From: Dehalococcoidia bacterium
GTDB taxonomy: Bacteria > Chloroflexota > Dehalococcoidia > GIF9 > UBA5629
Assembly (NCBI GenBank): GCA_050011565.1
Contig: JBEKIW010000003.1
Coordinates: 96,001 to 160,000 of the forward strand
Direction: 5' to 3'
DNA length: 64,000 nt
Shown: in pieces, positions 1 through 9,578 of the stretch
Layout: every line of letters starts with the position of its first letter
Position numbering within the stretch: position 1 is the stretch's first letter
Notes under the pieces: generated by a model
What the model saw: only the letters and a program-made list of their open reading frames with translations
Told to the model about the DNA's origin: nothing
Database searches by the model: none
Program-made: the position numbers and the translations under genes

Positions 1-212
1 TGCTCACCGTGTACTCGTTGGGTTTGGGTATTCCCTTCATCGTGCTTGGCCTCGCCTGGGGAGCTATAATGCCGTTATGGAAAAGTATAAACCGCTACCT
101 CGGAGTTATTTCCATAGTAAGTGGTGCGCTGCTTATAGTCGTTGGTATACTAATGCTGACCGGTAATCTGGCGTGGCTAGGTCAATTCGTCCCGGTTGAA
201 CTCGGCCAATGA
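1..212 (+). CDS. ccdA: Cytochrome c biogenesis/disulfide-interchange protein CcdA, C-terminal part (runs off the left edge)
   Basis: YSLGLGIPF...ISIVSGALLIVVGILMLTG matches the CcdA C-terminus; followed by TlpA-like redoxin genes. Confidence 0.8.
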   Translation, partial: LTVYSLGLGIPFIVLGLAWGAIMPLWKSINRYLGVISIVSGALLIVVGILMLTGNLAWLGQFVPVELGQ

Positions 213-228
213 AAGGAGCGTCTATTAA

Positions 229-732
229 TTGCAAATAAAAACATCGATAGTACTGGCGGTCGCTGCCCTGATATTGATGGCAATGGTCGGTTGTGGCACA
301 ACCCAGATACCCCAAGTAGGTGATAAAGCTCCCGCTTTTACTCTGGAAAGCATTGAGGGGAAAAACATAAGCTTGAGTGATTTTCAAGGTAAAACAGTAT
401 TAATTGTGTTCACCAGTGTCAACTGCAAAGAATGTGAAACTCAAATACCTTATTTAGTTGGAGCCTACCAGCAAGAAAATGGAAAACTAGCGGTCTTAGA
501 TATCTACCACATGATTTACGACCCCAGATTAGTCAGGGATTACGTAACCAACAAGCAGTTCACTACCTTCCCCGCTCTCCCCGACCCGAACAATACAGTT
601 GCCAATGCTTACGGCGCCACACGCTACCCGCCAACAAATTTCATTATAGACGCAGCAGGAATAATCAAGTATAAAAAGATAGGGCGTTTCCAGAGTCAGG
701 AGGAAATTGAGGATATACTCAAGTCCTTATAG
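229..732 (+). CDS. TlpA/ResA-family thiol-disulfide redoxin, lipoprotein
   Basis: Lipobox MVGC, APAFTL, CKEC active site, cis-Pro motif YPPTNFII; RBS AAAGGAG. Confidence 0.85.
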   Translation: MQIKTSIVLAVAALILMAMVGCGTTQIPQVGDKAPAFTLESIEGKNISLSDFQGKTVLIVFTSVNCKECETQIPYLVGAYQQENGKLAVLDIYHMIYDPRLVRDYVTNKQFTTFPALPDPNNTVANAYGATRYPPTNFIIDAAGIIKYKKIGRFQSQEEIEDILKSL

Positions 733-877
733 CAGCCGCGCTGCAGCGAGGCCAAGGCTCGCAGATAGAGCAATAAACTAAAAGACTCCTAGTTTCGTTT
801 TTCTATAGGAGGTATAATATAAATAATTGTATAGTCTTTAATTCGGGATACAGAAGCGACTGGGAAACAGGAGCATA

Positions 878-2593
878 GTGCCAGGGATAATAAGATGTCC
901 TAGTTGCGGCCAGGAAATCGATTCGAACAGTCGGTTCTGTGTACATTGCACTGCGAGAATATGTCCCGGTTGCCACGGGCCTGTCCCTCCAAGAGCGATT
1001 TACTGCCCGCACTGCGGTTTTTCGGTTGGTCCGGCAGTGCCCGGCGCCGCAGAACAGCCACCGTCTGTACCAACACCCAGACCGTTTACGCCATCACAGG
1101 GTGGCATAATTGGGCCGCAGTCCAGACAATTTCCTTCATCGCAAGGCGGCATAACTGGACCACAGCCCGGACAATTTCCTTCGTCGCAAGGTGGCATAAT
1201 CGGACCGCAGCCCGGACAACCGCCATCATATCCCGGGACAGGAGGCACCATCCCGGGCACACCAATCCCCCAACCCATACCACCCCAGCAATACGGGACT
1301 GGCGAACCGCAGCCGGGAGCTTACGGTTCACCCGGCGGTAAGCCATATGCCGGTATGCAGCAACCGCCCATTACTGATAGAAGATTTAGGGACACGGGTC
1401 CGATACGGGTAAGGCGGTTTTCTCCGGCTCTGGTTATTATCATTCTCATTGTCGCTGCAGTCGGCCTTTCAGGTTTCGCCGTCTACAAAGCTGGCTGGCT
1501 GGAAACCCCGCTTAATAACGTCCAGAAATTTGTTAGCGGAATGAAGCTACCAGGGTGGTTACCTTTCGGCAACAAAGATACTATACCTCCTACCATTCAA
1601 AAAGCCTCGGTTTCAAACGTGACCATGGCCGGCGCAGTCATAACCTGGCAAACTGATGAACCGTCTACCAGTCAGGTAATGATTTGCGAATCAAGCGGTG
1701 GCTGCACCTGGACCGAGCTTGATGAAAATTTAGTTACCGACCATTCAGTAAACGTAGCTGACCTGAAGCCCAATACGGCCTATCACTTTACCGCTACCTC
1801 AACGGACGCGGGAGCGAATCAAGGGACTGCTGAAGGCGATTTCACGACCTCAGGTCAAGCCACAACAGCATCGTTGGTTATTTCGGGAATACAAGTATCC
1901 AACATCACCGACTTAGCGGGTACCATAAGCTGGATGACTGACAAACCTGGTACCAGCCAGGTAATATATGGCACCACGAATGCCTATGGCGCAACCACAA
2001 CACTTGACCAGAATTTGGCCACCAGTCACAACGCCACATTAGCCGGCCTGACGCCAAGTACTACCTATCACTTCAAAGTTACGTCGCAAGACGGCAGCGG
2101 AAACGAAGCGACGTCTCAAGACCAGACTTTTACTACTCACAGCACTGTGCCGACTTCAACAGAGGTAGGTACCGAGATTGGCATGCACGCTCCTGAGTTC
2201 ACTTTGTCGACACTCGATGGCAAACAGGTAAGCCTTACTGAGCTTCGAGGCAAGATGGTGATACTGAACTTCTGGCAGGACATCCAGCAAAGCAGAAATG
2301 AGCTGTCCGTGATACAGGAAGTTTACGTGAAATGGCCTCGGGACAAGCTGGCGGTACTGGCTATCAGTTGGAAACAGACTCAGGCAGTCACTCAGGCCGT
2401 TGCTACTAACAAAGGGCTGACTTTACCAGTTCTTCTTGATGAAACAGGGGAAGTGGCGGCAAAATATAATGTTACTAAAAGCCCGGCCACTTTATTTATC
2501 GATGCCCAGGGAATTGTCAGGGATACGATTAACTACCCCGCCACTTTAAAAAGTCTCACGCAAGTAGAAAGCATACTTAATTCCATGCAATGA
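878..2593 (+). CDS. Double zinc-ribbon / Pro-Gln-Gly-rich linker / TM / 2x FN3-like / redoxin-fold protein lacking CxxC
   Basis: Four N-terminal CxxC pairs, TM helix ALVIIILIVAAVGL, two WxTD(E/K)PxTSQV FN3-like modules, C-terminal APEFTL...NFWQDIQQS redoxin fold. Confidence 0.8.
   Translation: MPGIIRCPSCGQEIDSNSRFCVHCTARICPGCHGPVPPRAIYCPHCGFSVGPAVPGAAEQPPSVPTPRPFTPSQGGIIGPQSRQFPSSQGGITGPQPGQFPSSQGGIIGPQPGQPPSYPGTGGTIPGTPIPQPIPPQQYGTGEPQPGAYGSPGGKPYAGMQQPPITDRRFRDTGPIRVRRFSPALVIIILIVAAVGLSGFAVYKAGWLETPLNNVQKFVSGMKLPGWLPFGNKDTIPPTIQKASVSNVTMAGAVITWQTDEPSTSQVMICESSGGCTWTELDENLVTDHSVNVADLKPNTAYHFTATSTDAGANQGTAEGDFTTSGQATTASLVISGIQVSNITDLAGTISWMTDKPGTSQVIYGTTNAYGATTTLDQNLATSHNATLAGLTPSTTYHFKVTSQDGSGNEATSQDQTFTTHSTVPTSTEVGTEIGMHAPEFTLSTLDGKQVSLTELRGKMVILNFWQDIQQSRNELSVIQEVYVKWPRDKLAVLAISWKQTQAVTQAVATNKGLTLPVLLDETGEVAAKYNVTKSPATLFIDAQGIVRDTINYPATLKSLTQVESILNSMQ
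1091..1225 (+). repeat. Intragenic 45-bp tandem repeat x3 (SSQGGIIGPQPGQFP)
   Basis: Three consecutive copies similar to CATCGCAAGGYGGCATAAYYGGACCGCAGCCCGGACAATTTCCTT. Confidence 0.9.
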
Positions 2594-2672
2594 TATACAT
2601 GACTGCCCTTAATCCATAAAATTCCGACTTAATCTCAAGAAATTCTTGCTCAACTATGACTAAAAGCTTAAG

Positions 2673-3617
2673 GTGAATAATATGTTAGAGAATGATAGTA
2701 TTGAACAGAGCGATCCTCAAGAAGCCAAACACAACGCCGACGAACCGGAAGATATAGTTAAAAAACCTCGGAAAAGACGGCGCCGGCTACCAGCTAAAAA
2801 GCAAGTTACCCTAGCCGGGTGGTGGCCAAAGATAGCTATTGCCGCCATCATCTTGTGCCTGGTACTTGCAGGGTTCAGTATCTTTATGGTTAATAGAGAT
2901 AAAACAGTTCCCGTAATTCAAAATGTATCAATTTCCGATATAGCCCAAACAAGCGCCCTTATCAACTGGCAGACTAACGAACCTGCCGCCAGCGAGGTCA
3001 CCATTTGCAGCTCCAACAATTGCACTTCGTTAAAACTAGACGAATCACTGGTTACTAATCATTCCGCTACAGTCACTGACATCGAGCCGGGTACAAGATA
3101 TCAGCTTACTGTAGTGGCGAGAAATAAACAAGGTAAAGAAGCCAGCTTTGCCTTAGAACTTGTAACACCGCACAAGCCAGCAGCCGCGGTTGAAATAGGC
3201 CCTGAAATAGGAGAACGCGCCCCTGATTTTACCTTGCCAACCATTGACGGCAAAGCAACGAGCTTGAGTCAGTTTCGCGGCAAGATAGTAATGGTGAACT
3301 TCTGGGAAACTACATGCAGTGCCTGCGCCGGCGAGATGCCAGACATACAAGCAATCTTCGACACGTGGTCAAGTGACAACCTGGAGATACTCGCCGTTAA
3401 TCATGGAGAACGAGAAGCATTTGTACAGAGCTTTATTGATAGTAAAGGACTGACTTTCCCCGTATTGGTCGATTCAGACCAAGCAATCAGCAATGTGTAC
3501 CAGGTATCCACTATCCCCACTACCTTTTTTATCGACGCCGATGGCATTATTAAGAGAATCAAGTCAGGACGCTTTACGAGTCAATTTGAGATAGAAACCA
3601 TACTCAAGTCCCTCTGA
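2673..3617 (+). CDS. Membrane-anchored FN3-like + TlpA redoxin protein
   Basis: Basic patch plus TM helix, WQTNEPAASEV FN3-like domain, NFWETTCSAC, IPTTFFID. Confidence 0.85.
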   Translation: MNNMLENDSIEQSDPQEAKHNADEPEDIVKKPRKRRRRLPAKKQVTLAGWWPKIAIAAIILCLVLAGFSIFMVNRDKTVPVIQNVSISDIAQTSALINWQTNEPAASEVTICSSNNCTSLKLDESLVTNHSATVTDIEPGTRYQLTVVARNKQGKEASFALELVTPHKPAAAVEIGPEIGERAPDFTLPTIDGKATSLSQFRGKIVMVNFWETTCSACAGEMPDIQAIFDTWSSDNLEILAVNHGEREAFVQSFIDSKGLTFPVLVDSDQAISNVYQVSTIPTTFFIDADGIIKRIKSGRFTSQFEIETILKSL

Positions 3618-3775
3618 GCACAGCTTGGCCAAATTATTGAATTCGATCTTTTTTACAGCCTCGATTCTCTGTCTAGACACCCTGGAAAACTAGAGAAAGC
3701 GCTATACTGTAAGCTGAATTATAATTGCAATATCAGTATTTTGTAATATAAAATAGCTGGACTCCGGAGTGAGTT

Positions 3776-4726
3776 ATGAAAAGACGTAAATGGTACACGC
3801 TGCTAGTCCTGGGACTGGTTTTTATTGTATTAGGCTCGGCTGTAGCCTGCACCAAATCTGAAAAAGTCCAATATGCGCCTGATTTCACGCTGCAGAGCGT
3901 AAATGAGGCGATTGTTAATCTGAATGATTTTCGCGGCCGGCCGGTCATGCTTACCTTCTGGCGAATTAATTGCTCCGCTTGTGAATTCCAGATGCCTTTT
4001 ACACAGGAGCTTTACAATAAGTGGTCGAGCGACTCGCTGGCAGTGCTAACTATTAATGTCGGAGACAGAGCATCCGACGTTAAAGACTATATGGCTAGCC
4101 GTGGAATAACTTACCCTGTACTGCTCGACCAGCAAAGCAAAGTCGCCCAGGCCTACGGAATCGTTGGTGTGCCGACGACCTACTTCATCGATGGTAAAGG
4201 CGTACTAAAGGCATACCAGATTGGTGCCTTCCAGAGCGAAGATGCCATGGAAAGCGCTATTAAAAGCGTGTTCTCATCAATAACACTAAGTCCTAAAACT
4301 GAAACAAGTCCTGAGATTGGAAAAGTTGCCCCGGATTTCACCCTGGAAACCATTGATAGTCAAAGTATCTCATTGAATGACTTCCGAGGTAAAACTGTAT
4401 TATTGAACTTCTGGGTGAGCTCGTGCGATGCCTGTGTATCGGAATTACCTTACTTGCAAACAGCCTCTGACAACCGAACAGACCAGCAAGCGGTCATACT
4501 CACTGTCAATTGTGGGGAAAGCAGCCAGACTGTGCACAGCATAGTTGACCGCTTGAAACCTTCCTTCCCTGTGCTGCTTGACCCAGAAGGAACAATATGT
4601 ACAGCATATAAGCGCGGTGCCCCCACAGCTTTTCTTATCGATAGCAACGGCATTATCCGGGCGATAAAAGATGATGCTTTCGAAAACCCGGGCGAAGTAG
4701 AGAGCATGCTAGATTCTCTGCAATAG
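3776..4726 (+). CDS. Tandem two-domain TlpA redoxin, lipoprotein
   Basis: Lipobox AVAC; two redoxin domains with CSAC and CDAC. Confidence 0.85.
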   Translation: MKRRKWYTLLVLGLVFIVLGSAVACTKSEKVQYAPDFTLQSVNEAIVNLNDFRGRPVMLTFWRINCSACEFQMPFTQELYNKWSSDSLAVLTINVGDRASDVKDYMASRGITYPVLLDQQSKVAQAYGIVGVPTTYFIDGKGVLKAYQIGAFQSEDAMESAIKSVFSSITLSPKTETSPEIGKVAPDFTLETIDSQSISLNDFRGKTVLLNFWVSSCDACVSELPYLQTASDNRTDQQAVILTVNCGESSQTVHSIVDRLKPSFPVLLDPEGTICTAYKRGAPTAFLIDSNGIIRAIKDDAFENPGEVESMLDSLQ

Positions 4727-4770
4727 AAGCCGGGCAAGTTGTTCTTACCACCTTCCATAAAAGCAGGGAC

Positions 4771-5820
4771 ATGAGATTTTTAGGTGCGCTGCAGGATCTG
4801 GCCAGAGGATTAGGCGCGCTGCTCCTCGTCGTGGTTGCCGGCACCATCGGCTACAGGCTAATCGAAGGTTGGTCGTTCATGGACTCCCTGTTCATGACAA
4901 TTACAACTATAACCACGGTGGGATACGCCGAGGTACACCCTCTGTCGAAAGCCGGACAAATATTCACTGTTTTCCTGATTCTGGGCGGGGTCGGCACTGC
5001 CTTTTATATTCTCACCAGCCTAGTACAGTACATGCTTGAGGGAGAATTCGGAATTAGAATAGGGAGGCAACGTATGGAAGCCAAAATAAGAAGACTGAGT
5101 AACCATTTCATCGTCTGCGGCTACGGGCGAGTTGGACAGGCAATTGCCAATATACTCAGGCAGCAAGGGGTTAAACTTGTAACTATCGACCGAGACAGAG
5201 AAGTTGTCAACAAGGCACAACGAGCAGGTTATTTGATAATTCACGGTGATGCTACTAAAGATGAATCGTTGAAACAGTCACGGATAGACAGCGCCAGAGG
5301 TATAATTATCGCCCTGGGCGATGACGCCGATATTATTTATACCACACTTGCTGCCAAAGAGCTAAATGCGATGTTACCTATAGTCGCCCGCGCCAATAAT
5401 GAAGACGCCGAGAAAAAATTATTGCAGGCCGGTGCCCACCGTGTTGTAGCTCCAGAAATCATCGGCGGAGCACGAATGGCCAGGCTAGCCCTGCGCCCAC
5501 AAGCTGTGGAATTCATTGAGGCAGTCTTATTCGGTAAAGAGAAACAACTTCTAGTAGAGGAGATAGAGGCAGCAAAGAGCTCACCACTGGTCGGCTCTAC
5601 AATAAAAGAAATAGAAGAGCAATTTGCGGGAATAAGAATTCTGGCTTTGAAAGAGAAGAATGGAACATTGATTCCGAATCCAGGCCCGCACAGCATTGTT
5701 GAAAAAGAAAGCAGTTTAATCGCCTTCGGTACATTTGAGCAACTGCAGTCCATCGAGGGATGCTGCCAGCCGGGCAGAACAAGAACGCAGACAGTTAAAA
5801 AGCCCCGAGCCAATAGATAA
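4771..5820 (+). CDS. Potassium channel protein (2TM pore + TrkA-N/TrkA-C RCK domains)
   Basis: TITTVGYAE pore loop, IVCGYGRVG Rossmann motif, C-terminal TrkA-C. Confidence 0.9.
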   Translation: MRFLGALQDLARGLGALLLVVVAGTIGYRLIEGWSFMDSLFMTITTITTVGYAEVHPLSKAGQIFTVFLILGGVGTAFYILTSLVQYMLEGEFGIRIGRQRMEAKIRRLSNHFIVCGYGRVGQAIANILRQQGVKLVTIDRDREVVNKAQRAGYLIIHGDATKDESLKQSRIDSARGIIIALGDDADIIYTTLAAKELNAMLPIVARANNEDAEKKLLQAGAHRVVAPEIIGGARMARLALRPQAVEFIEAVLFGKEKQLLVEEIEAAKSSPLVGSTIKEIEEQFAGIRILALKEKNGTLIPNPGPHSIVEKESSLIAFGTFEQLQSIEGCCQPGRTRTQTVKKPRANR

Positions 5821-5924
5821 ATTCACACTGTTGTCTTCCGACACGACCTGCAGAAAAAATCAAGCCGACTGCAGTCACAAAGCCGGTCACTTATGCTAGA
5901 ATAGGCACCAAAAGGAGAGGATAA

Positions 5925-6980
5925 ATGATAAAGACACGCATGACTGAGATATTTGGAATAAAGCATCCTATCATGCTAGCCGGGATGAACTGGATAACTG
6001 AGCCGGAGCTGGTCGCTGCAGTTTGCAATGCCGGTGGATTAGGTGTTCTGGCCACCGCCGCCACCACACCGGAGGAGACACGAAAAAGCATCAGACAAAT
6101 TAGAAAGCTTACAGATAAACCGTTCGGCGTCAACCAGGTCCTTATTGGTCCCGGAGCAAAACAGAACATAGATGTAGCCATTGAGGAAAAAGTCCCCATC
6201 ATAAACTATTCATTGGGAAAGCCATGGTTCATTGAGGAGGTCCACAAATATGGCGGGAAAGTCTTGGGCACCACAGCCATCGCCAGACACGCGGTCAGAG
6301 CAGCAGAATTAGGTTGCGATGCTATCGTAATCACCGGTCAGGAGGCGGCAGCTCATGGAGCTAATGCTACCTCGATGGTGTTAATACCTCTCGTATCCAG
6401 TCAGATAAAAGTTCCGCTTATAGCTGCCGGTGGATTCTACAACGGCAGAGGACTAGCCGCCGCTCTAGTATTAGGGGCTGACGGCATATCCATGGGGACC
6501 AGATTTATGCTGTCTAAAGAGAGTCGGGTCCACGATAATTTTAAAAAGCTATGCCTCCAGGCTACTGAACAGGATACGCTGTACAGCGACCGGTTCGATG
6601 GCATGCCCGGCAGAGCGTTGAAAACCAAAGTGACTGAGGACATGATGAAGAGCGGATTACCGTTAACGGAAGCATTTAAGGGAGCCAGGGAAATAAAGCA
6701 ATTGCTTAAGCTATCATTCTGGCAATTCGTACGCCTCAGCTTTCAGATGATGCGGTCAGATGAGGGCTCGCCTCTTATGGTTCAAGCTCGTCAGGCCGCC
6801 GGCACGAGGAGACACCTGAAAGCAATAAATGAAGGTAACGAACAGGAAGGTATTCTATTTGCCGGAGAATGTTCCGGTGCAATAAATGAATTGCTCAGCG
6901 TTAAGCAGATTATCGACGGAGTAATAGCCGAGGCCGAAGAGACACTGGAAGCAACCAGAAAAAAGATTGGGAAATCATAG
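5925..6980 (+). CDS. Nitronate monooxygenase / FabK-like flavoenzyme
   Basis: HPIMLAGM, NAGGLG, EAAAHG, IAAGGF, MGTRF. Confidence 0.85.
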   Translation: MIKTRMTEIFGIKHPIMLAGMNWITEPELVAAVCNAGGLGVLATAATTPEETRKSIRQIRKLTDKPFGVNQVLIGPGAKQNIDVAIEEKVPIINYSLGKPWFIEEVHKYGGKVLGTTAIARHAVRAAELGCDAIVITGQEAAAHGANATSMVLIPLVSSQIKVPLIAAGGFYNGRGLAAALVLGADGISMGTRFMLSKESRVHDNFKKLCLQATEQDTLYSDRFDGMPGRALKTKVTEDMMKSGLPLTEAFKGAREIKQLLKLSFWQFVRLSFQMMRSDEGSPLMVQARQAAGTRRHLKAINEGNEQEGILFAGECSGAINELLSVKQIIDGVIAEAEETLEATRKKIGKS

Positions 6981-7025
6981 AGGGGCTACGGTCTCACAAT
7001 GTAGGGCAACGCCAGCCTACAGTAT

Positions 7026-8024
7026 TTAACTATCTCCACCATGGAGTCGCTGCTGTATCTGGCTTAGAATACGTTCGGCCTCCCGTACCATCGTCTCCAA
7101 CAGTTCCCGACAGCTGACGATTTCTTTAATGAGACCGATAGACTGACCGACAGCGAAGGGCGCTCCATCGACATCACCGTTTTCCCAGGCTTTCTCGGAG
7201 CGCTTGCCGGATATTAAAGGTATTATCTCCTCCAGCCCCTCATGCCGCCCCTCGACCTCCAGTACCTTGCCGACTAATTCGTTTTTAAGTGCCCGCATCT
7301 GCAAATCGATTGTCCGGCATATAAGCGTGGTATCATTTTCCTGACGGCGAACGATTTCCTCTTTGATTTTGGGATGTGCCGTACACTCCTCCGTGGCGAT
7401 AAACCGTGAAGCCATCATCACCCCTTCTGCACCGAGAACCAGGGCGGCAGCCAGGCTTCTGCCGTCAGCTATACCTCCGGCGGTAATAACCGGTATTTTC
7501 ACCGACTCGGAAATTCGCGGAGTCAGCAGCATTGTCGTTACATCGTCATTCAACGGGTGCCCCCCTTCTTCGAAACCGGCGGCAATAACTGCATCATAGC
7601 CAGCTTCTTCAGCATGCCTGGCATGCCTCACGGAACCGACTTTATGTATCAGTTTGACACCAACTTTCTTCGCCTGGCTGATAGCATCCATGCCCAGATA
7701 TCTATCTAACGGCGCACCCGAGATTTCAATTGCAGCCACCCCTTTTTCGCAGCAGGCTTGAAAATAATCCTGGTGCATTTCTTTGGTAATCCGCACCGAA
7801 GGCAGCAATGTAATATTCACGCAGAATGGCTTATCCGTGAGTTGCCGCGTTTTATCTATGGCTTTGCTAAGTTCATTTCCGGAGCCATAGTTTCCGGACG
7901 TCAAATTGCCGAGTCCGCCGGCGTTCGAAATAGCGGCACAGAGCTCAGGTTTAGCCAGCCACATCATACCGCCGCACATAACCGGGTGTTTGATACCAAG
8001 AAGTTTCGTCATTCCAGTTTTCAC
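7026..8024 (-). CDS. Nitronate monooxygenase / FabK-like flavoenzyme
   Basis: HPVMCGGM, EEGGH, TAGGIADG, MASRF; start moved to GTG 8024 behind a GGAGG RBS. Confidence 0.85.
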   Translation of the reverse strand: MKTGMTKLLGIKHPVMCGGMMWLAKPELCAAISNAGGLGNLTSGNYGSGNELSKAIDKTRQLTDKPFCVNITLLPSVRITKEMHQDYFQACCEKGVAAIEISGAPLDRYLGMDAISQAKKVGVKLIHKVGSVRHARHAEEAGYDAVIAAGFEEGGHPLNDDVTTMLLTPRISESVKIPVITAGGIADGRSLAAALVLGAEGVMMASRFIATEECTAHPKIKEEIVRRQENDTTLICRTIDLQMRALKNELVGKVLEVEGRHEGLEEIIPLISGKRSEKAWENGDVDGAPFAVGQSIGLIKEIVSCRELLETMVREAERILSQIQQRLHGGDS

Positions 8025-8194
8025 GGGTCGCCTCCAAACACTAAATATGCTTACCTCTACGCAGGCACAATTATAGCCCAGCGAAAGCAACGATAAAAGA
8101 ACATAAAAAAGATTTTGCTTCACTTCATCACTTCTGTTAGACTGCTAGTGGCTATTTGCGGGTAAACAAATCCTTTTGCAAAGGAGTCCTATCG

Positions 8195-9229
8195 ATGAGA
8201 ACAAGAATGACTGAATTATTCGAGATACAACATCCCATTATGTTAGCCGGCATGGCTTTCGTCAGCCTACCCAAGATTGTAGCTACTGTTTCTAACGCGG
8301 GCGGTTTGGGTATGTTCAACAGCGTGGCCAACACGCCCGACCAGATGAAAGACATCATCAAAGAGATTAAGTCACTCACCGATAAGCCGTTCGGTATAAA
8401 TGTTACGTTGCTCTTCCCCAACGCCAGAGAGAACGCAGAAGTAGCTATGGAAGAAAGAGTGCCCATCCTGAACTATGCGCTGGGGAAAGGCGATTGGCTT
8501 ATCAAAGCCGTGCACGAGTACGGCGGTAAGGTAATAGCCACAGTAGCCACAGAACGTCATGCACGGCGCGCTGAACTGGATGGAGCTGACGCAATTGTTG
8601 TCACCGGCCTAGAGGCAGCGGCACATGGTGGCGAACCTACATCACTGGTGCTTATACCTCTAATTGCCAGCCAGGTGAAAATTCCTATCATTGCCGCCGG
8701 TGGTTTCTGCGATGGCAGAGGATTGGCAGCGGCTTTGGCTCTGGGTGCCGACGGCATATCTATGGGCACCAGGTTCATGCTTACACAGGAGAGCCCGGTA
8801 GCTTTAACCGTTAAAGAGGTCGGTGTTAAAGCTACGGCCGAAGACACCTTTCGCTCAGATAAAATCGATGGCCTGCCCGGCAGGTACTGGAAGAATAAAG
8901 CTGCTACGGAGCGCGCAGAAGGAAAGGTGTCACTGACTCAAGCGGTGTCCAGCGGATGGCGAATAAAGAAAATGCTGGATGTTCCCTTCTTTAAACTTTT
9001 CCTAAGCGGTTTAAAGCAGAGAGGTGTCCAAGACCTGGCCCGTCAAGCTGTCAGCGTCGATTCTCTTAAGGCCCTACAGGAGCCCGGCGACGTGAATGAT
9101 ATAGTCGTGCCCCTGGGGCAGGTCGCCGGTAGGATAGACGATATACCTACGTGCCTGGATCTAATTGAAAAAACAGTCTCCGAAGCCGAATGGGTAATAA
9201 AAAGACTGAGAGAACAAGTCACTTCTTAA
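8195..9229 (+). CDS. Nitronate monooxygenase / FabK-like flavoenzyme
   Basis: HPIMLAGM, EAAAHGG, AAGGFCDGRG, MGTRF; start ATG 8195 behind AAGGAG. Confidence 0.85.
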   Translation: MRTRMTELFEIQHPIMLAGMAFVSLPKIVATVSNAGGLGMFNSVANTPDQMKDIIKEIKSLTDKPFGINVTLLFPNARENAEVAMEERVPILNYALGKGDWLIKAVHEYGGKVIATVATERHARRAELDGADAIVVTGLEAAAHGGEPTSLVLIPLIASQVKIPIIAAGGFCDGRGLAAALALGADGISMGTRFMLTQESPVALTVKEVGVKATAEDTFRSDKIDGLPGRYWKNKAATERAEGKVSLTQAVSSGWRIKKMLDVPFFKLFLSGLKQRGVQDLARQAVSVDSLKALQEPGDVNDIVVPLGQVAGRIDDIPTCLDLIEKTVSEAEWVIKRLREQVTS

Positions 9230-9334
9230 AAACAGAATTGCTCAAGTCGGTTGCCCTACCAAAAATTAACTAATATCTACCAGACAACCGAACTTGCCTG
9301 AAGCCACCAGACAGTCAAACATCTAACAGGTCAA

Positions 9335-9409
9335 TTATTTCTTTTTAGCGCCGGCTTTCTTGGCTGGCTTCTCAGCCTTTTTGGCATGAGCCGCACAGGT
9401 CTTACACAT
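9335..9409 (-). CDS. Putative 24-aa small protein MCKTCAAHAKKAEKPAKKAGAKKK
   Basis: Strong RBS AGAAAGGGG before ATG, extended -10 TGaTATAGT upstream, non-random CxxC + Lys/Ala composition. Confidence 0.6.
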   Translation of the reverse strand: MCKTCAAHAKKAEKPAKKAGAKKK

Positions 9410-9578
9410 AGCCTTAAACCCCTTTCTACTATTTGAGTCCTTATTTTTAACTATATCATCTACCAAAACAAACAGCCAATTTCCCCGATTTTTTACAGCA
9501 ACGGTCTTGACCACCCCTACACCAAGCAGTAGAATGCCACAAAGTATAATAGACGCGTCGGAGCTGTCGAACAGTAAC

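Noticed and set aside
2260-2300. Selenocysteine recoding in the Cys-less redoxin
   Set aside because: No in-frame TGA at the active-site position.
7000-9259. GTAGGGCAAC at 7001 and its inverse at 9249-9258 as GTAG-type REP ends
   Set aside because: Only 10 bp, each copy is part of a local terminator-like hairpin, and no RAYT transposase is present.
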